Numbered from the stretch's first letter, positions 1 through 10,876 are shown. The stretch: DNA of 64,000 nucleotides from Gammaproteobacteria bacterium (GCA_965238175.1 CBDEGZ010000003.1:192001-256000); one strand, 5' to 3'. A program made the numbers and translations. The notes: generated by a model not told the origin, from the letters alone.

Positions 1-1
1 T

Positions 2-118
2 GCAGAAAAACTGTCACTCGCTTTACGACGAAACCACAAAATAGCTCGCCGACTGGAAACGGGTATGGGCATAGTTATGGTCGCATTGGGACTACGTCTC
101 GCACGCCAAGAATTATAA
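2..118 (+). CDS. 3' end of a probable LysE/RhtB-family translocator (partial)
   Basis: My translation AEKLSLALRRNHKIARRLETGMGIVMVALGLRLARQEL* resembles the last TM helix of LysE-family exporters; it enters from the window edge. Confidence 0.55.
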   Translation, partial: AEKLSLALRRNHKIARRLETGMGIVMVALGLRLARQEL

Positions 119-158
119 GAAAATTATTTAAAACAGATCAAAAAAAATTTTAACTTCC

Positions 159-773
159 TTACAAACTTTCTTCAACTCGATATCCATATTCTATCGCTGC
201 ATGTGTAATCACTTCAAAGAAGCTCTGTCCAAAAGAGCGAGCAATATAAATATCAAATTGATCATTGCTTAAGCAATGGATTATTGCATTCATATGAAAC
301 AGGCTTGTTGTGCGAACATCATCTGGATTGAAATATCCCTCGTCTAAATCCAACATTGTCCCTTTGCGTAAGACATTTCTAGCTTCTGGACCTTCTATTC
401 GTAATACACAACGACTATGGCTTTGATCTGTAATTGCAGCAACGTCTTCACTCACAACATTACGAATTACGGCTTCAAGATCAGAAGTTTCCTTCTCAAC
501 GATCAGCCAGCGATCAGGTCCTAACCATAGTGAAGATGTCGTTTTTGATTGGCTTGATTTACATGCTGTTCGATCAAGTTTCAAACTAATACTTCCTTCA
601 AGTGCAGCCGTTAAAACATCAACTTGATCTTCCCAGGCAGCAATTTGTACCATAGATAAATCAGTCCGAGCAGTGATTGTTACACCCGGTTGATTATTTC
701 TGATTTCACCAAAATCCCCAGTTTCATAACTTTCAGTTAAAACTGCTCTACGTTTTGTTATTGTTTCAACCAT
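159..773 (-). CDS. soxG: Sarcosine oxidase / N-methylglutamate dehydrogenase gamma subunit (mgdD-like)
   Basis: LWLGPDRWLI, DQSHSRCVLRIEGP and IARSFG motifs; last gene of a B-D-A-G operon. Confidence 0.88.
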   Translation of the reverse strand: MVETITKRRAVLTESYETGDFGEIRNNQPGVTITARTDLSMVQIAAWEDQVDVLTAALEGSISLKLDRTACKSSQSKTTSSLWLGPDRWLIVEKETSDLEAVIRNVVSEDVAAITDQSHSRCVLRIEGPEARNVLRKGTMLDLDEGYFNPDDVRTTSLFHMNAIIHCLSNDQFDIYIARSFGQSFFEVITHAAIEYGYRVEESL

Positions 774-3762
774 GGAGTCGCTCTCCTTTAGGATCGACGA
801 AGATGGGTGATACCACCTTCATTGGTACCGTAATATTCTGTAATGGAAAACTCATTTGCACAGTCTTGTTTTTCCAGGCATCTAACCCGCCTTTGATCAA
901 GCCAAGTCCTATTGGGTGATTATGCTCTACACAAAACCCAGTGGAAGTGATATGTCCTAACATCTCAACGGGAATTTCCGCATTCGCATCCAATACAACT
1001 TGTGATCCCGGTTTTAAAGCGCTAACCCCATCTACAGGCACGAAACCGACAAACTTCTTGCGATCCTCAACTGTTAACTGTTCTCTATAAGCAAGTGGTT
1101 TTCCGACAAATTCTTTTTTCTTCGACATCATCATTCCTAAACCTAAATCATTGGCCGTGGTACGTCCGTCAATTTCTGGTCCAGCAACATGACCTTTTTC
1201 AATACGCATATTCCCTAACGTTTCAGTACCGTATGGAACAATATTAAAGTCCTGTCCTGCCTCATAGATCTGCTCCCAGACATAGCGGCCATAGTCACAA
1301 GGAACATTTAATTCGAAAGCTAATTCACCTGAAAAAGAGATACGGAATAAGCGACATTTTGGAATACCAGCAGCAACACATTCAGACGCACCCATAAACG
1401 GAAATGCTTCATTGGAAATATCCAGATCAACTATCTTTTCAAGTACTTTTCGTGCGTTCGGCCCAGCGACGGCCATCGCTGCCCACTGTTCAGTTACACT
1501 AGTTACTTTAACGCGCAAATCCGGCCAAACAGCTTGTAAATAAAACTCTAAGTTTGACATCACCTTAACTGCATTAGCTGTTGTGGTGGTCATTACGAAA
1601 TGGTTTTCACTAAGTCGTGAGGTAGTTCCATCATCGTAGACCATGCCATCTTCACGTAGCATCATGCCGTAACGTGCTTTGCCTATTGCAAGTTTTTTCC
1701 AGTGATTGATATACATTCGCTCAAGTAACTCAGCAGAATCTGGACCTTGTATATCGATTTTACCTAGCGTGGTTACATCACAAATACCGACAGATCCTCG
1801 AGCACATTTAGTTTCACGAATAAAAGCATCACGAACGGTCTCTTTACCCTGAGGGTAATGTCGAGGTCGACGCCAGATTCCGGCATCTATCCACTCACAG
1901 CCATGTTCTTCATGCCAGGAATCCATTGCAGTACGACGGATCGGCATAAAATGTTCACTGATCTCTGCACCACCGAGCGCGCCCAAAGAGACTGGTGTAT
2001 ATGGAGGTCGAAAAGTAGTATGGCCAGTTTCAGGTATAGAACACCCTTTAGCATCGGCCATAATCGCCATACCGGAGACGTTGGATGTTTTACCCTGATC
2101 TGTTCCCATACCGAGCGTGGTATATCGCTTTAAATGTTCGACAGAAATATAGCCTTCTCGGTGAGCAAGTTTAATATCGCTTACTGCAACATCATCTTGA
2201 TGATCAACAAACTTCTTAGGATGACCAGACTGCGGATCAGGTGATTCCCATACAGGTTGATAAGTCGCCTCAGATACATCATTCGTAGTTGGTGTTGCTG
2301 GAACCTCTACAGCAAACCCAGCAGCAGTTGCCGCTTCAGCACCTGCAGTGAATCCTTCTTTCAAACAATCTTTAAGCGCAAAATTTCCTTGTGCAGCACC
2401 GGCAGATCTTTCAGCTTGCTTTGATTGTCCCGGGACGAACATATTCCGTTTATCATCCCAAGTAGTTTTACCACCCGACTGGCTAAATAAATGTAGAGCA
2501 GGTGCCCAACCATTCGACATCGCGACTACATCACACTCAATTGTCAAATTGTTCTGCGAATTGATGTCCATGACTTCAACGCTCTTCACACCATCCGCAT
2601 TTCCCTTCGCATCTACTACGACATGTCCCTGGATAATACGCATCCCATGTTCTTGAACAGCTGCAGCGTAAGCTGATTTTTCCTGTCGAGAATCTACAAT
2701 TGCTTCTACTCGGACACCAGCGGTTGCTAAGTCAATAGCAGTACGATATGCATCATCGCAACTGGTGTAGATCACAGCTTTTTCACCCGGTGCTACGCCA
2801 TACTCATTTACATAGGCACGTACAGCGCCAGCCAGCATAATATTTGGTCGATCATTATTTCCGAACACCATCGGCTGTTCATGCGATCCTGTTGCAAAGA
2901 CAACTTGTTCTGCCTGAATATTCCACATTCGCTGACGCGGTTTATGCTCAGTTGGTATTGGAAGGTGATCACAAACTCTCTCTACGCAACCAACCATATT
3001 ATGATCGTAATAACCGAAGGCAGTTGTTCTGGTGAGAATTTGAACATTCTCCATTGCTTCAAGTTGATCAATCGTTTGATTGATCCATTCAATGGCTGGT
3101 TTTCCATCAACCTGGTATGTCTCACGGCGTAATTGACCACCCAAATCTGGGCGCTCATCGACCAATATAACACGTGCGCCACTGGCCGCAGCAGATTTTG
3201 CAGCGGCCAATCCGGTTGGACCAGCACCAATGATCAAAACTTCGCAATGACGACTCATATGATCATACTGATCAGGATCGGCTAATTTAGACGCGGTTCC
3301 CATGCCAGCAGATTTTCGAATGATATCTTCAAACCACATCCACAATTTCGTATTACGGAATGGACCCATAAACGTTTTGTAGTAGAAACCAGCTGGCAAG
3401 AAATTCTTTATATAGTCATTCACCTGTTGGGGATCGCTGCGAAGACTTCTCCCACGGTTTTGACTCTCGGCAACCAGTCCATCAAACAACTCTACGACTG
3501 TGGCCCTGGTGTTCGGTTCTTGTCTGTTACCTTCACGCAAATGCACCATTGCATTTGGTTCTTCTGAACCTGCGGAAAATATACCCCGAGGCCGATGATA
3601 TTTAAAACTACGACCAACAAGTTTCACATCATTCGCGAGCAGTGCAGAAGCCAGCGTATCGCCTTGATAGCCGGTATATTCTTTACCATCAAAATAAAAT
3701 TGAAGCGGCTTATCACGATCAATAAAACCGCCTTTACCTAATCTATTTGTTTGAGATGTCAT
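766..3762 (-). CDS. soxA: Sarcosine oxidase / N-methylglutamate dehydrogenase alpha subunit (mgdC-like)
   Basis: GRSFKYHRPRG, GAGPTG Rossmann motif, EHLKRYTTLGMGTDQGK, C-terminal GcvT-like folate domain; 998 aa. Confidence 0.93.
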   Translation of the reverse strand: MTSQTNRLGKGGFIDRDKPLQFYFDGKEYTGYQGDTLASALLANDVKLVGRSFKYHRPRGIFSAGSEEPNAMVHLREGNRQEPNTRATVVELFDGLVAESQNRGRSLRSDPQQVNDYIKNFLPAGFYYKTFMGPFRNTKLWMWFEDIIRKSAGMGTASKLADPDQYDHMSRHCEVLIIGAGPTGLAAAKSAAASGARVILVDERPDLGGQLRRETYQVDGKPAIEWINQTIDQLEAMENVQILTRTTAFGYYDHNMVGCVERVCDHLPIPTEHKPRQRMWNIQAEQVVFATGSHEQPMVFGNNDRPNIMLAGAVRAYVNEYGVAPGEKAVIYTSCDDAYRTAIDLATAGVRVEAIVDSRQEKSAYAAAVQEHGMRIIQGHVVVDAKGNADGVKSVEVMDINSQNNLTIECDVVAMSNGWAPALHLFSQSGGKTTWDDKRNMFVPGQSKQAERSAGAAQGNFALKDCLKEGFTAGAEAATAAGFAVEVPATPTTNDVSEATYQPVWESPDPQSGHPKKFVDHQDDVAVSDIKLAHREGYISVEHLKRYTTLGMGTDQGKTSNVSGMAIMADAKGCSIPETGHTTFRPPYTPVSLGALGGAEISEHFMPIRRTAMDSWHEEHGCEWIDAGIWRRPRHYPQGKETVRDAFIRETKCARGSVGICDVTTLGKIDIQGPDSAELLERMYINHWKKLAIGKARYGMMLREDGMVYDDGTTSRLSENHFVMTTTTANAVKVMSNLEFYLQAVWPDLRVKVTSVTEQWAAMAVAGPNARKVLEKIVDLDISNEAFPFMGASECVAAGIPKCRLFRISFSGELAFELNVPCDYGRYVWEQIYEAGQDFNIVPYGTETLGNMRIEKGHVAGPEIDGRTTANDLGLGMMMSKKKEFVGKPLAYREQLTVEDRKKFVGFVPVDGVSALKPGSQVVLDANAEIPVEMLGHITSTGFCVEHNHPIGLGLIKGGLDAWKNKTVQMSFPLQNITVPMKVVSPIFVDPKGERLHG

Positions 3763-4040
3763 TGCTGCTCTCCTTCCAACATCGCGTCTGCCGGGCCAGT
3801 GGCCAGTACCTCATGAGTCAACGTGTCTCGTCTGACTTTTACCCACTGACGACAACCGTTTACGTGATGCCAATATTCCAGATGTGGCCCAATCGGGTTG
3901 TCTCGTTGATAAACATAATCAACCCATTCAGCTTGACTAGTACTTGGTGAATCGTCTGGACGTTTGTTTATTGCATCTCCACCATAGGTAAACTCATTCA
4001 TGTTTCGTTCACCACACCAGGGACAATTAATTCGAATCAT
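3759..4040 (-). CDS. soxD: Sarcosine oxidase delta subunit (mgdB-like)
   Basis: CPWCG ... EF.YGG ... WHH..GCRQW zinc-binding pattern. Confidence 0.92.
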   Translation of the reverse strand: MIRINCPWCGERNMNEFTYGGDAINKRPDDSPSTSQAEWVDYVYQRDNPIGPHLEYWHHVNGCRQWVKVRRDTLTHEVLATGPADAMLEGEQQ

Positions 4041-4055
4041 TACAGTTCTCCATTC

Positions 4056-5315
4056 CTAGTGTAATTCTGGCGCTGGACCCACGCCTTTTTCATCAATAAG
4101 ATACCCACGTTCAAATCGGTTGAGCGTGAATCCTTCATTTAATTTATGTGGTTGATCTTGTGCAATAGTATGCGCAAAACACCAGCCAGCAGCAGGTACA
4201 GCTTTAAACCCGCCATAACACCAACCAGCATTGAGATATAAACCTTCAGTTGAGGTTTTGCTAATGATCGGGCTACCGTCCATCGACATATCCATCACCC
4301 CTGCCCAGTGACGCAACAAGCGTATGCGGCCTATCGAAGGCATTAGCGCCATGCCTGACTGCAATACATGATTAACCATCGGTAGATTCCCTCTTTGAGC
4401 ATAAGAGTTATACCCATCCAGGTCCCCACCAAAGACTAGACCACCTTTATCTGATTGACTGACATAAAAATGTCCAGCCCCGAAAGTACAGACTGTATCG
4501 ATAAAGGGCTTTAATGGCTCCGAGACCATCGCTTGTAGCTTATGACTTTCTATAGGTAATCTGTGAATACCAGCAAGATCACAAACTGGGCCAGAGTTAC
4601 CGGCAACCGAAATACCGATTTTTTTAGCCTTAATCGATCCACGAGTCGTTTGTACACCTTGCACCTTGCCGTCCTGGATATCGAAGCCAGTAACTTCACA
4701 GTTCTGTAATAGATCAACACCGAGCTGATCTGCTGCTCTGGCATATCCCCATGCAACGGCATCATGCCTTGCAGTACCGGCACGTGGTTGTTGTAACCCC
4801 CCATAGACGGGAAAACGAGCCTTATCCGAATAATCCAACATAGGAAGTTGTTCTTTGACTTCTTCACGGCTTAGTAGCTCAGCATCAATGCCATTTAACC
4901 GCATTGCATTGCCACGTCTTGCAAAAGCATCCATCTGTGCGTTTGAATGACCAACATTGATAATCCCACGTTGCGAAAACATGACGTTATAATTAATTTC
5001 CTGAGCTAATGCTTCCCATAACTTCATGCTATGTTCATAGAAATGCGCATTATCTTCTAACATGTAGTTGGAACGTACTATCGTTGTATTGCGCCCGATA
5101 TTACCCCCGCCCAGATAACCTTTTTCACAGACCGCAATATTTGTCATCCCATGCATTTTTGCAAGGTAGTAAGCTGTTGCTAACCCATGTCCACCACCAC
5201 CTATAATGACTGCGTCATATTCTTTTTTCGGTTCTGGATCACGCCAAGCACGCTCCCAGTGTTTTTGTCCAGTCAGCCCACCTTTAAGGACTTCTAAAAC
5301 CGAGTACCGGCTCAT
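4056..5315 (-). CDS. soxB: Sarcosine oxidase beta subunit (mgdA-like)
   Basis: GGGGHGLATAYYLA, GRNTTIVRSNY and GTARHDAVAWGYA motifs; start moved to MSRYS (ATG at 5315, GGAGG RBS upstream). Confidence 0.93.
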   Translation of the reverse strand: MSRYSVLEVLKGGLTGQKHWERAWRDPEPKKEYDAVIIGGGGHGLATAYYLAKMHGMTNIAVCEKGYLGGGNIGRNTTIVRSNYMLEDNAHFYEHSMKLWEALAQEINYNVMFSQRGIINVGHSNAQMDAFARRGNAMRLNGIDAELLSREEVKEQLPMLDYSDKARFPVYGGLQQPRAGTARHDAVAWGYARAADQLGVDLLQNCEVTGFDIQDGKVQGVQTTRGSIKAKKIGISVAGNSGPVCDLAGIHRLPIESHKLQAMVSEPLKPFIDTVCTFGAGHFYVSQSDKGGLVFGGDLDGYNSYAQRGNLPMVNHVLQSGMALMPSIGRIRLLRHWAGVMDMSMDGSPIISKTSTEGLYLNAGWCYGGFKAVPAAGWCFAHTIAQDQPHKLNEGFTLNRFERGYLIDEKGVGPAPELH

Positions 5316-5507
5316 GACATTAATGCCTCCACAGACACAAGGCTGATATATATGTATCAACCCTTTATTGAAATTAATAGTGTGAACATTTGTTGACCAG
5401 ATTTCTGGCACAATTACATTCTCACTCAATAATAAGCGTAATGAATTAATTCGATCGAGGAAATACCCTTTCGGTAATACACCTTAAGGAGCGTATTTCT
5501 GATCCAG

Positions 5508-5540
5508 AAAAAAGCCGACTTATAAATAAGCCGGCTTTCT
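5508..5540 (-). terminator. Rho-independent terminator after the mgs operon
   Basis: Minus strand AAAGCCGGCTTA-TTTA-TAAGTCGGCTTTTTT: stem-loop followed by a U-tract. Confidence 0.75.
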
Positions 5541-5567
5541 ACCACTTCTTAAAAACTCAGAAATTAA

Positions 5568-5960
5568 CTAACTGAATTTTTCATAGGCCTTTCTTAAATC
5601 AACCATTGGATGGTTAGGTGCCATTTGAAATTTAACCAACAGTTCACGGGCAATCATGTCCCGATCCTGCTGATTGTCTGGTAGTTCAATATCTTCTGGT
5701 ACTGTTACCCAACCATTGATATTTCGATCAAAAACTGCGGCACGGTTTTCTTCATAACCCATGTGCACATCTTCCAACCAATTAAGATCTTTCCAACCCA
5801 TTATCTCAATATATTTTTTCAAAAATGGTGTACAAAGATCCATATCAGGGACAAGGTTTACATCGTAACGATAACCAATGTGCTGACCGATCGTTTTCTC
5901 TCGCTCACTATCAAGACCATCAGAGTCCATGAATTGATCAATATTTTTATCTTCAGACAT
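5568..5960 (-). CDS. Hypothetical 130-aa acidic protein at the end of the mgs operon
   Basis: GGAG RBS, 10 bp downstream of mgsC, protein-like composition; no family recognised. Confidence 0.8.
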   Translation of the reverse strand: MSEDKNIDQFMDSDGLDSEREKTIGQHIGYRYDVNLVPDMDLCTPFLKKYIEIMGWKDLNWLEDVHMGYEENRAAVFDRNINGWVTVPEDIELPDNQQDRDMIARELLVKFQMAPNHPMVDLRKAYEKFS

Positions 5961-5970
5961 AATTAACTCC

Positions 5971-7323
5971 TTAGAATCGTGTCATGTCGGGACGACCGAC
6001 TGTATGTTGAGATCCCGCCATAGGTACTTGAGCACAAGCTGAAGCTTCCATGGTTAATGCTGCCAGATCCTCTGGTTCCAATGAATGCACATTCGTTTTA
6101 CCGCAAGCACGGGCAAACAATTGCGCTTCAATCGTCAGCGTATGCAGGAAGTTATAGACTCGGACAGCTGCTTCATCAGGATCTAGACGCTTACGCAGCT
6201 CTGGATCTTGTGTCGCAACACCCACTGGACAACGGCCAGTATGACAGTGATAACAATGGCCTGCTTCAACGCCCATTTCATTTTCGAAATCAGCTTCAGG
6301 GATATCTTTATTGCAGTTCAAGGCCATTAATGCTGAATGACCAATTGCCACCGCATCAGCACCTAAAGCAATCGCTTTTGCAAGATCAGCACCGTTACGA
6401 ATACCACCAGCGTAAACCAGTGAAATCTTACCTGACATACCCACATCATCAAGTGCTTGACGCGCTTGTCTGATAGCTGCAATACCTGGCACACCTGTTT
6501 CTTCCGTTGCAAGGTGAGGGCCTGCACCAGTACCACCTTCCATGCCATCTATGTAGATAGAATCAGGTCCTGTTTTAGCTGCCATACGCACATCATCATA
6601 AACACGTGCTGCGCCTAGTTTCAGCTGGATCGGAATTTGCCAATCCGTCGCTTCACGGATTTCCTGAATTTTTAAAGCCAGATCATCTGGCCCCAACCAA
6701 TCAGGATGCCTTGCTGGAGATCGTTGATCAATACCAGCAGGTAATGAACGCATCTCAGCAACTTGATCCGTTACTTTCTGACCCATTAAATGTCCACCGA
6801 GGCCTACTTTACAACCTTGACCGATGAAGAATTCTACTGCGTCAGCTAACCGTAAATGGTTCGGGTTAAAACCATAACGCGATTGGATACATTGGTAGAA
6901 CCATTTTCCTGAATAACGTCTTTCATCAGGGATCATGCCGCCTTCACCAGAACACGTTGCTGTTCCAGCCATAGTTGCACCACGAGCTAAAGCAGTTTTA
7001 GCTTCGTAACTTAACGCACCGAAACTCATACCTGTAATATAAACAGGAATATCAAGTTCTAATGGTCGTTTACACTCTGGACCAATCACTGTTTTGGTTA
7101 GACATTTTTCACGATATCCTTCAATAACAAATCGCGTTAATGTCCCCGGCATAAATGTCAAGTCATCCCACGTTGGGATCTTTTTGAATAACGAGAATCC
7201 ACGCATCCGATATCGACCAAGTTCTGACTTGATATGGATATCATCAATAACATGCGGTGGAAAAATAAAGCTGTCACCTAAGTAATAGGGATCTCTCTTT
7301 GGCTTATTTGAATTTTCACTCAT
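5971..7323 (-). CDS. mgsC: FMN-binding glutamate synthase-like subunit (N-methylglutamate synthase C / GlxD)
   Basis: MSFGALS, SGEGG, GQGCKVGLGGHL, and the CYHCHTGRCPVG Fe-S motif. Confidence 0.85.
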   Translation of the reverse strand: MSENSNKPKRDPYYLGDSFIFPPHVIDDIHIKSELGRYRMRGFSLFKKIPTWDDLTFMPGTLTRFVIEGYREKCLTKTVIGPECKRPLELDIPVYITGMSFGALSYEAKTALARGATMAGTATCSGEGGMIPDERRYSGKWFYQCIQSRYGFNPNHLRLADAVEFFIGQGCKVGLGGHLMGQKVTDQVAEMRSLPAGIDQRSPARHPDWLGPDDLALKIQEIREATDWQIPIQLKLGAARVYDDVRMAAKTGPDSIYIDGMEGGTGAGPHLATEETGVPGIAAIRQARQALDDVGMSGKISLVYAGGIRNGADLAKAIALGADAVAIGHSALMALNCNKDIPEADFENEMGVEAGHCYHCHTGRCPVGVATQDPELRKRLDPDEAAVRVYNFLHTLTIEAQLFARACGKTNVHSLEPEDLAALTMEASACAQVPMAGSQHTVGRPDMTRF

Positions 7324-7344
7324 TGATATTTCCTCTATCTGTGC

Positions 7345-8184
7345 CTAGAGCACGAGTTTTTTCTCTGAAGGTTCAAGATTATCGTAGTTCCATAGTTGTT
7401 TGCCGGATACGATCTTGACCATGTTTTCAACGCCATTCTTTGGCTCGATACCATACAGTGCAAACTTAGATTTCAACCAGTTCACATCTCTGTCAGTCAT
7501 GTCTTCTTCAACTGCATCGACACCAAGATCTGCGATCTTGCCACCAACATAAATAGTACCGTCATACATGGAGTCACCAAGATTTTTACCAGCGTCACCA
7601 CAAATAACCATGCGGCCACGTTGCATCATGAACCCACTGAAAGCACCGGTTCGGCCACCGACAATAATGGTCCCACCTTTTTGATCGATACCTGTACGTG
7701 CACCAACATCTCCGCGGCAGACCAAATCACCGCCACGAATCGCAGCGCCGAAAGTACCACCTGCGTTTTTCTCGATTAATACCGTACCGGCCATCATGTT
7801 TTCAGCGCATGACCAACCAACTCGGCCATCAATATGTACGTTTGGACCGTCAATCAAACCAACACCAAAGTATCCAACACTACCTTTGATATTTAAGTTC
7901 AAACGATTGAGAATACCGACACCAACACCATGCTTACCCATTGGATTGTGCAAAGTGATTGTTCCAACACCCTCTTTCATCAAATCACGGATCTTGACGT
8001 TTATCTCTGTTACGGACATATTCGTCGCATCAAACTCTGACGCTTTGTCGAAATCAACTTCGTATCCATATGGATAGGTGAAGTTTTCTTCAGCAGTGGC
8101 AGAAAAAAACGTCTGCTGCGTTCGACCCGCCAACGTTTCACCATGCATTCCCATTTCATGGGATTTTTGATCTAGATTTCCCAT
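7345..8184 (-). CDS. mgsB: GXGXG beta-helix subunit (N-methylglutamate synthase B / GlxC) with an N-terminal extension
   Basis: Repeated GxxGxxxG (GSVGYFG, GDVGARTG, GDAGKNLGDSMY); lies between mgsA and mgsC. Confidence 0.82.
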   Translation of the reverse strand: MGNLDQKSHEMGMHGETLAGRTQQTFFSATAEENFTYPYGYEVDFDKASEFDATNMSVTEINVKIRDLMKEGVGTITLHNPMGKHGVGVGILNRLNLNIKGSVGYFGVGLIDGPNVHIDGRVGWSCAENMMAGTVLIEKNAGGTFGAAIRGGDLVCRGDVGARTGIDQKGGTIIVGGRTGAFSGFMMQRGRMVICGDAGKNLGDSMYDGTIYVGGKIADLGVDAVEEDMTDRDVNWLKSKFALYGIEPKNGVENMVKIVSGKQLWNYDNLEPSEKKLVL

Positions 8185-9110
8185 ACTCGCACCTCTCCTT
8201 CATATGGATCAAAAGTATCAATTTCATGAGGGAAAATACTTCTGATCGCTATTTCTTCAGAACCCAAACCAACAAATTCGTCACTCTCATAAACCACCAT
8301 CGGTTTAGCCGCCATGACGTCTTTTGCCATACCTAATTTGTCACCTGTAGCAACTAAATAAGTAAACACGCCATCTAGATATTCAACTGAATTATTCATC
8401 GACTCTTCTAGACTTTCACCACGATCCATTCGATCTGCGAGATACACCGCAATTAGTTCTGAATCACAGTTAGACATAAAACGATGACCACGGCGTTCAA
8501 GATCCCGACGATTTGTCCAGTAGTTAGTCAATTGACCATTATGTACAACAGACACATCGCTAAATGGGTAAGCCCAATATGGGTGAGCAGACCGTATATC
8601 AACATCCGATTCTGTCGCCATACGAGTATGTCCAATCGCATGCGTGCCGTTAAAATTATCTAATCCATATTGATCAGAAACAGTTGTTGCATCGCCGAGA
8701 TCTTTTATAAGTTCTAGCGCTTTTCCTATCGACAATATTTCTACGCCATCTAGATCTTCAACATAATCGGCAAGCTTTTTCATATCGCCATCGTATTCAA
8801 TCGTATATCGATGCGCATAGATAGTTGGTGAATCTTCCCCAACGATTTTCACGCCTAACTCATTCAAACGCTCATCAACAGATTGCTTCCGTTGTTTAAT
8901 TTCTTCATGTATATCAAATCCATTCTCCACTGCAGCTTGTTCAGCAACAATGAAGCGTATGGTGTAATGGTTCTCTTTAGCAGAGCTTCCGTAAAGAGCA
9001 AAACCTGTTGAATCAGGCCCTCTATGTTTCAATGCTTGAAGCATAGAGGTCATTTCCTGCCCAATGTTCGAGTCCTGCTTCTTCCAGATTAATCCGGCTA
9101 TTCCGCACAT
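8172..9110 (-). CDS. mgsA: Class II glutamine amidotransferase (N-methylglutamate synthase A / GlxB)
   Basis: MCGIAG with N-terminal nucleophile Cys, HRGPDSTG, GHTRMATES, VVHNGQLTN, CDSE. Confidence 0.85.
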   Translation of the reverse strand: MCGIAGLIWKKQDSNIGQEMTSMLQALKHRGPDSTGFALYGSSAKENHYTIRFIVAEQAAVENGFDIHEEIKQRKQSVDERLNELGVKIVGEDSPTIYAHRYTIEYDGDMKKLADYVEDLDGVEILSIGKALELIKDLGDATTVSDQYGLDNFNGTHAIGHTRMATESDVDIRSAHPYWAYPFSDVSVVHNGQLTNYWTNRRDLERRGHRFMSNCDSELIAVYLADRMDRGESLEESMNNSVEYLDGVFTYLVATGDKLGMAKDVMAAKPMVVYESDEFVGLGSEEIAIRSIFPHEIDTFDPYEGEVRVWEI

Positions 9111-9391
9111 TTCGTATAGTCTCCTATAAACAACCCCACAGTAAGCTGCAGGGAATTGCTAATAAATTACCTTCGGATCTAACAAACCCTTGGGCAACAT
9201 TTCTTTTCTCACGTGGCAAGCCATTGAGAATTGTTCCTTTAGAGATTAGGAATTAATCAATAATATGTATCCAGATCCTGACCGACCACGTTATGACTAA
9301 ACTTCTCCAATTATCACTTCCCAGAATGCTTTTTAAACATCTGTATTACTGTACCAGCACGATGGATATGTGCCGGTTTAGATACGAACAA

Positions 9392-10876
9392 TTACGGTAA
9401 AACGTCTAAATATGTTTCGAGATCCCAATCGGTCACTGCCGAGTTGAACCGCTCCCATTCGTCACGTTTGTAATGTTCATATACTCTGTACATATCACCT
9501 GGCATAGCTGACTTAACAACCTCATCATTACTGAGTTCTAATAACGCATCGCCCAATGACATTGGTAATTTCTTAACTTTCTTACCAGCATCAATCGCTT
9601 CATAAATATTGCGCTCTTCCGCTTCACCTGGTTCCAAATCTCTATCGATACCATCCCCCATAGCCTGCAATAAAGCAGAACCCATCAGGTAAGGGTTAAC
9701 CATAGAATCAACTGAACGATATTCGAAGCGACCTGGCGCTGATACACGTAGTGCACAAGTTCGATTCTGATAACCCCAATCAGCGAAGATAGGCGCCCAA
9801 AAACCAGTATCCCAAAGACGCCTATAGGAGTTGACTGTAGGTGAACCAATAGCGGTCAATGCACCGAGATGTTCAATCACACCACCGATTGATTGCAGGC
9901 CGATTGGTCCAGGCATTTTTTCATCGATCGAAGGATCTGGCATAAATGTATTTTCACCACCTTCAATGTATGTAAACGAACCTTCCATTCCTGGCAGAGA
10001 ATCAAAACCCAACATGTTGACTTTGTCTTCACCACCACGCCACAGTGACATGTTATGATGACAACCAGAGGCAGACACGCCCATAAAAGGCTTGGACATA
10101 AAGCAAGCGATCAAATTATCTTCACGTGCTACCTGAGCACAAATCTGACGATAGGTAGACAGACGATCGGCATTACGCAGTACGTCATCATATTGTGTAT
10201 TTAGCTCCAACTGACCGGGTGCATCTTCGTGGTCACCCTGAATAATATCGAGCCCCATCTGTTGAGAATATTCAATAACTTTCATAAAAGTTGGGCGCAG
10301 CTCTTCAAACTGATCTATGTGATAGCAGTTTGGCTTGGTGACACCACCATTTGGTTTGCCGTCTTCACCGCGCTTCAACCACATCATTTCTGGCTCAGTA
10401 CCGCAACGCATATTCAGGCCATGCTTCTCCTGGAATGCATTATGGATGCGGCGCAGGTTGCCACGACAATCAGAAGTCAGCGCACCACCTGGATTTTCGC
10501 GTTCTTCGCGGTTTCGGAATAACGTGCAGTACACACGACCAATACGTTTATCCCATGGCAACTGACAGAATGTTTCTGGATCGGGAATACCAACCAGTTC
10601 AGATGATTCCGCTCCGTAACCAATATAATCACCATGACGGTCAACAAATAGGTTTGCCGTTGATCCATAAACAAGTTGAAAGCCTTTTTCTGCTAGACGT
10701 TCCCAGTGTGCTGACGGGATACCTTTACCCATAACTCGGCCTGTTACTGAGATGAACTGGTAATAGATATAGTCGACACCAGTTTCTTTAATTTTTTCCG
10801 CCACCTGCTTGACCAGGTCAGCGCGCCCCTTTGCTTCCACATGTTGTTCTAGATCTGTGCTGTCATTTTTAGCCAT
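9392..10876 (-). CDS. gmaS: Glutamine synthetase-family ligase, probable gamma-glutamylmethylamide synthetase
   Basis: GTEPE, HEDAPGQLE, FMSKPF and NRTCALR GS motifs; upstream of mgsABC and distinct from the canonical glnA at 30.5 kb. Confidence 0.72.
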   Translation of the reverse strand: MAKNDSTDLEQHVEAKGRADLVKQVAEKIKETGVDYIYYQFISVTGRVMGKGIPSAHWERLAEKGFQLVYGSTANLFVDRHGDYIGYGAESSELVGIPDPETFCQLPWDKRIGRVYCTLFRNREERENPGGALTSDCRGNLRRIHNAFQEKHGLNMRCGTEPEMMWLKRGEDGKPNGGVTKPNCYHIDQFEELRPTFMKVIEYSQQMGLDIIQGDHEDAPGQLELNTQYDDVLRNADRLSTYRQICAQVAREDNLIACFMSKPFMGVSASGCHHNMSLWRGGEDKVNMLGFDSLPGMEGSFTYIEGGENTFMPDPSIDEKMPGPIGLQSIGGVIEHLGALTAIGSPTVNSYRRLWDTGFWAPIFADWGYQNRTCALRVSAPGRFEYRSVDSMVNPYLMGSALLQAMGDGIDRDLEPGEAEERNIYEAIDAGKKVKKLPMSLGDALLELSNDEVVKSAMPGDMYRVYEHYKRDEWERFNSAVTDWDLETYLDVLP

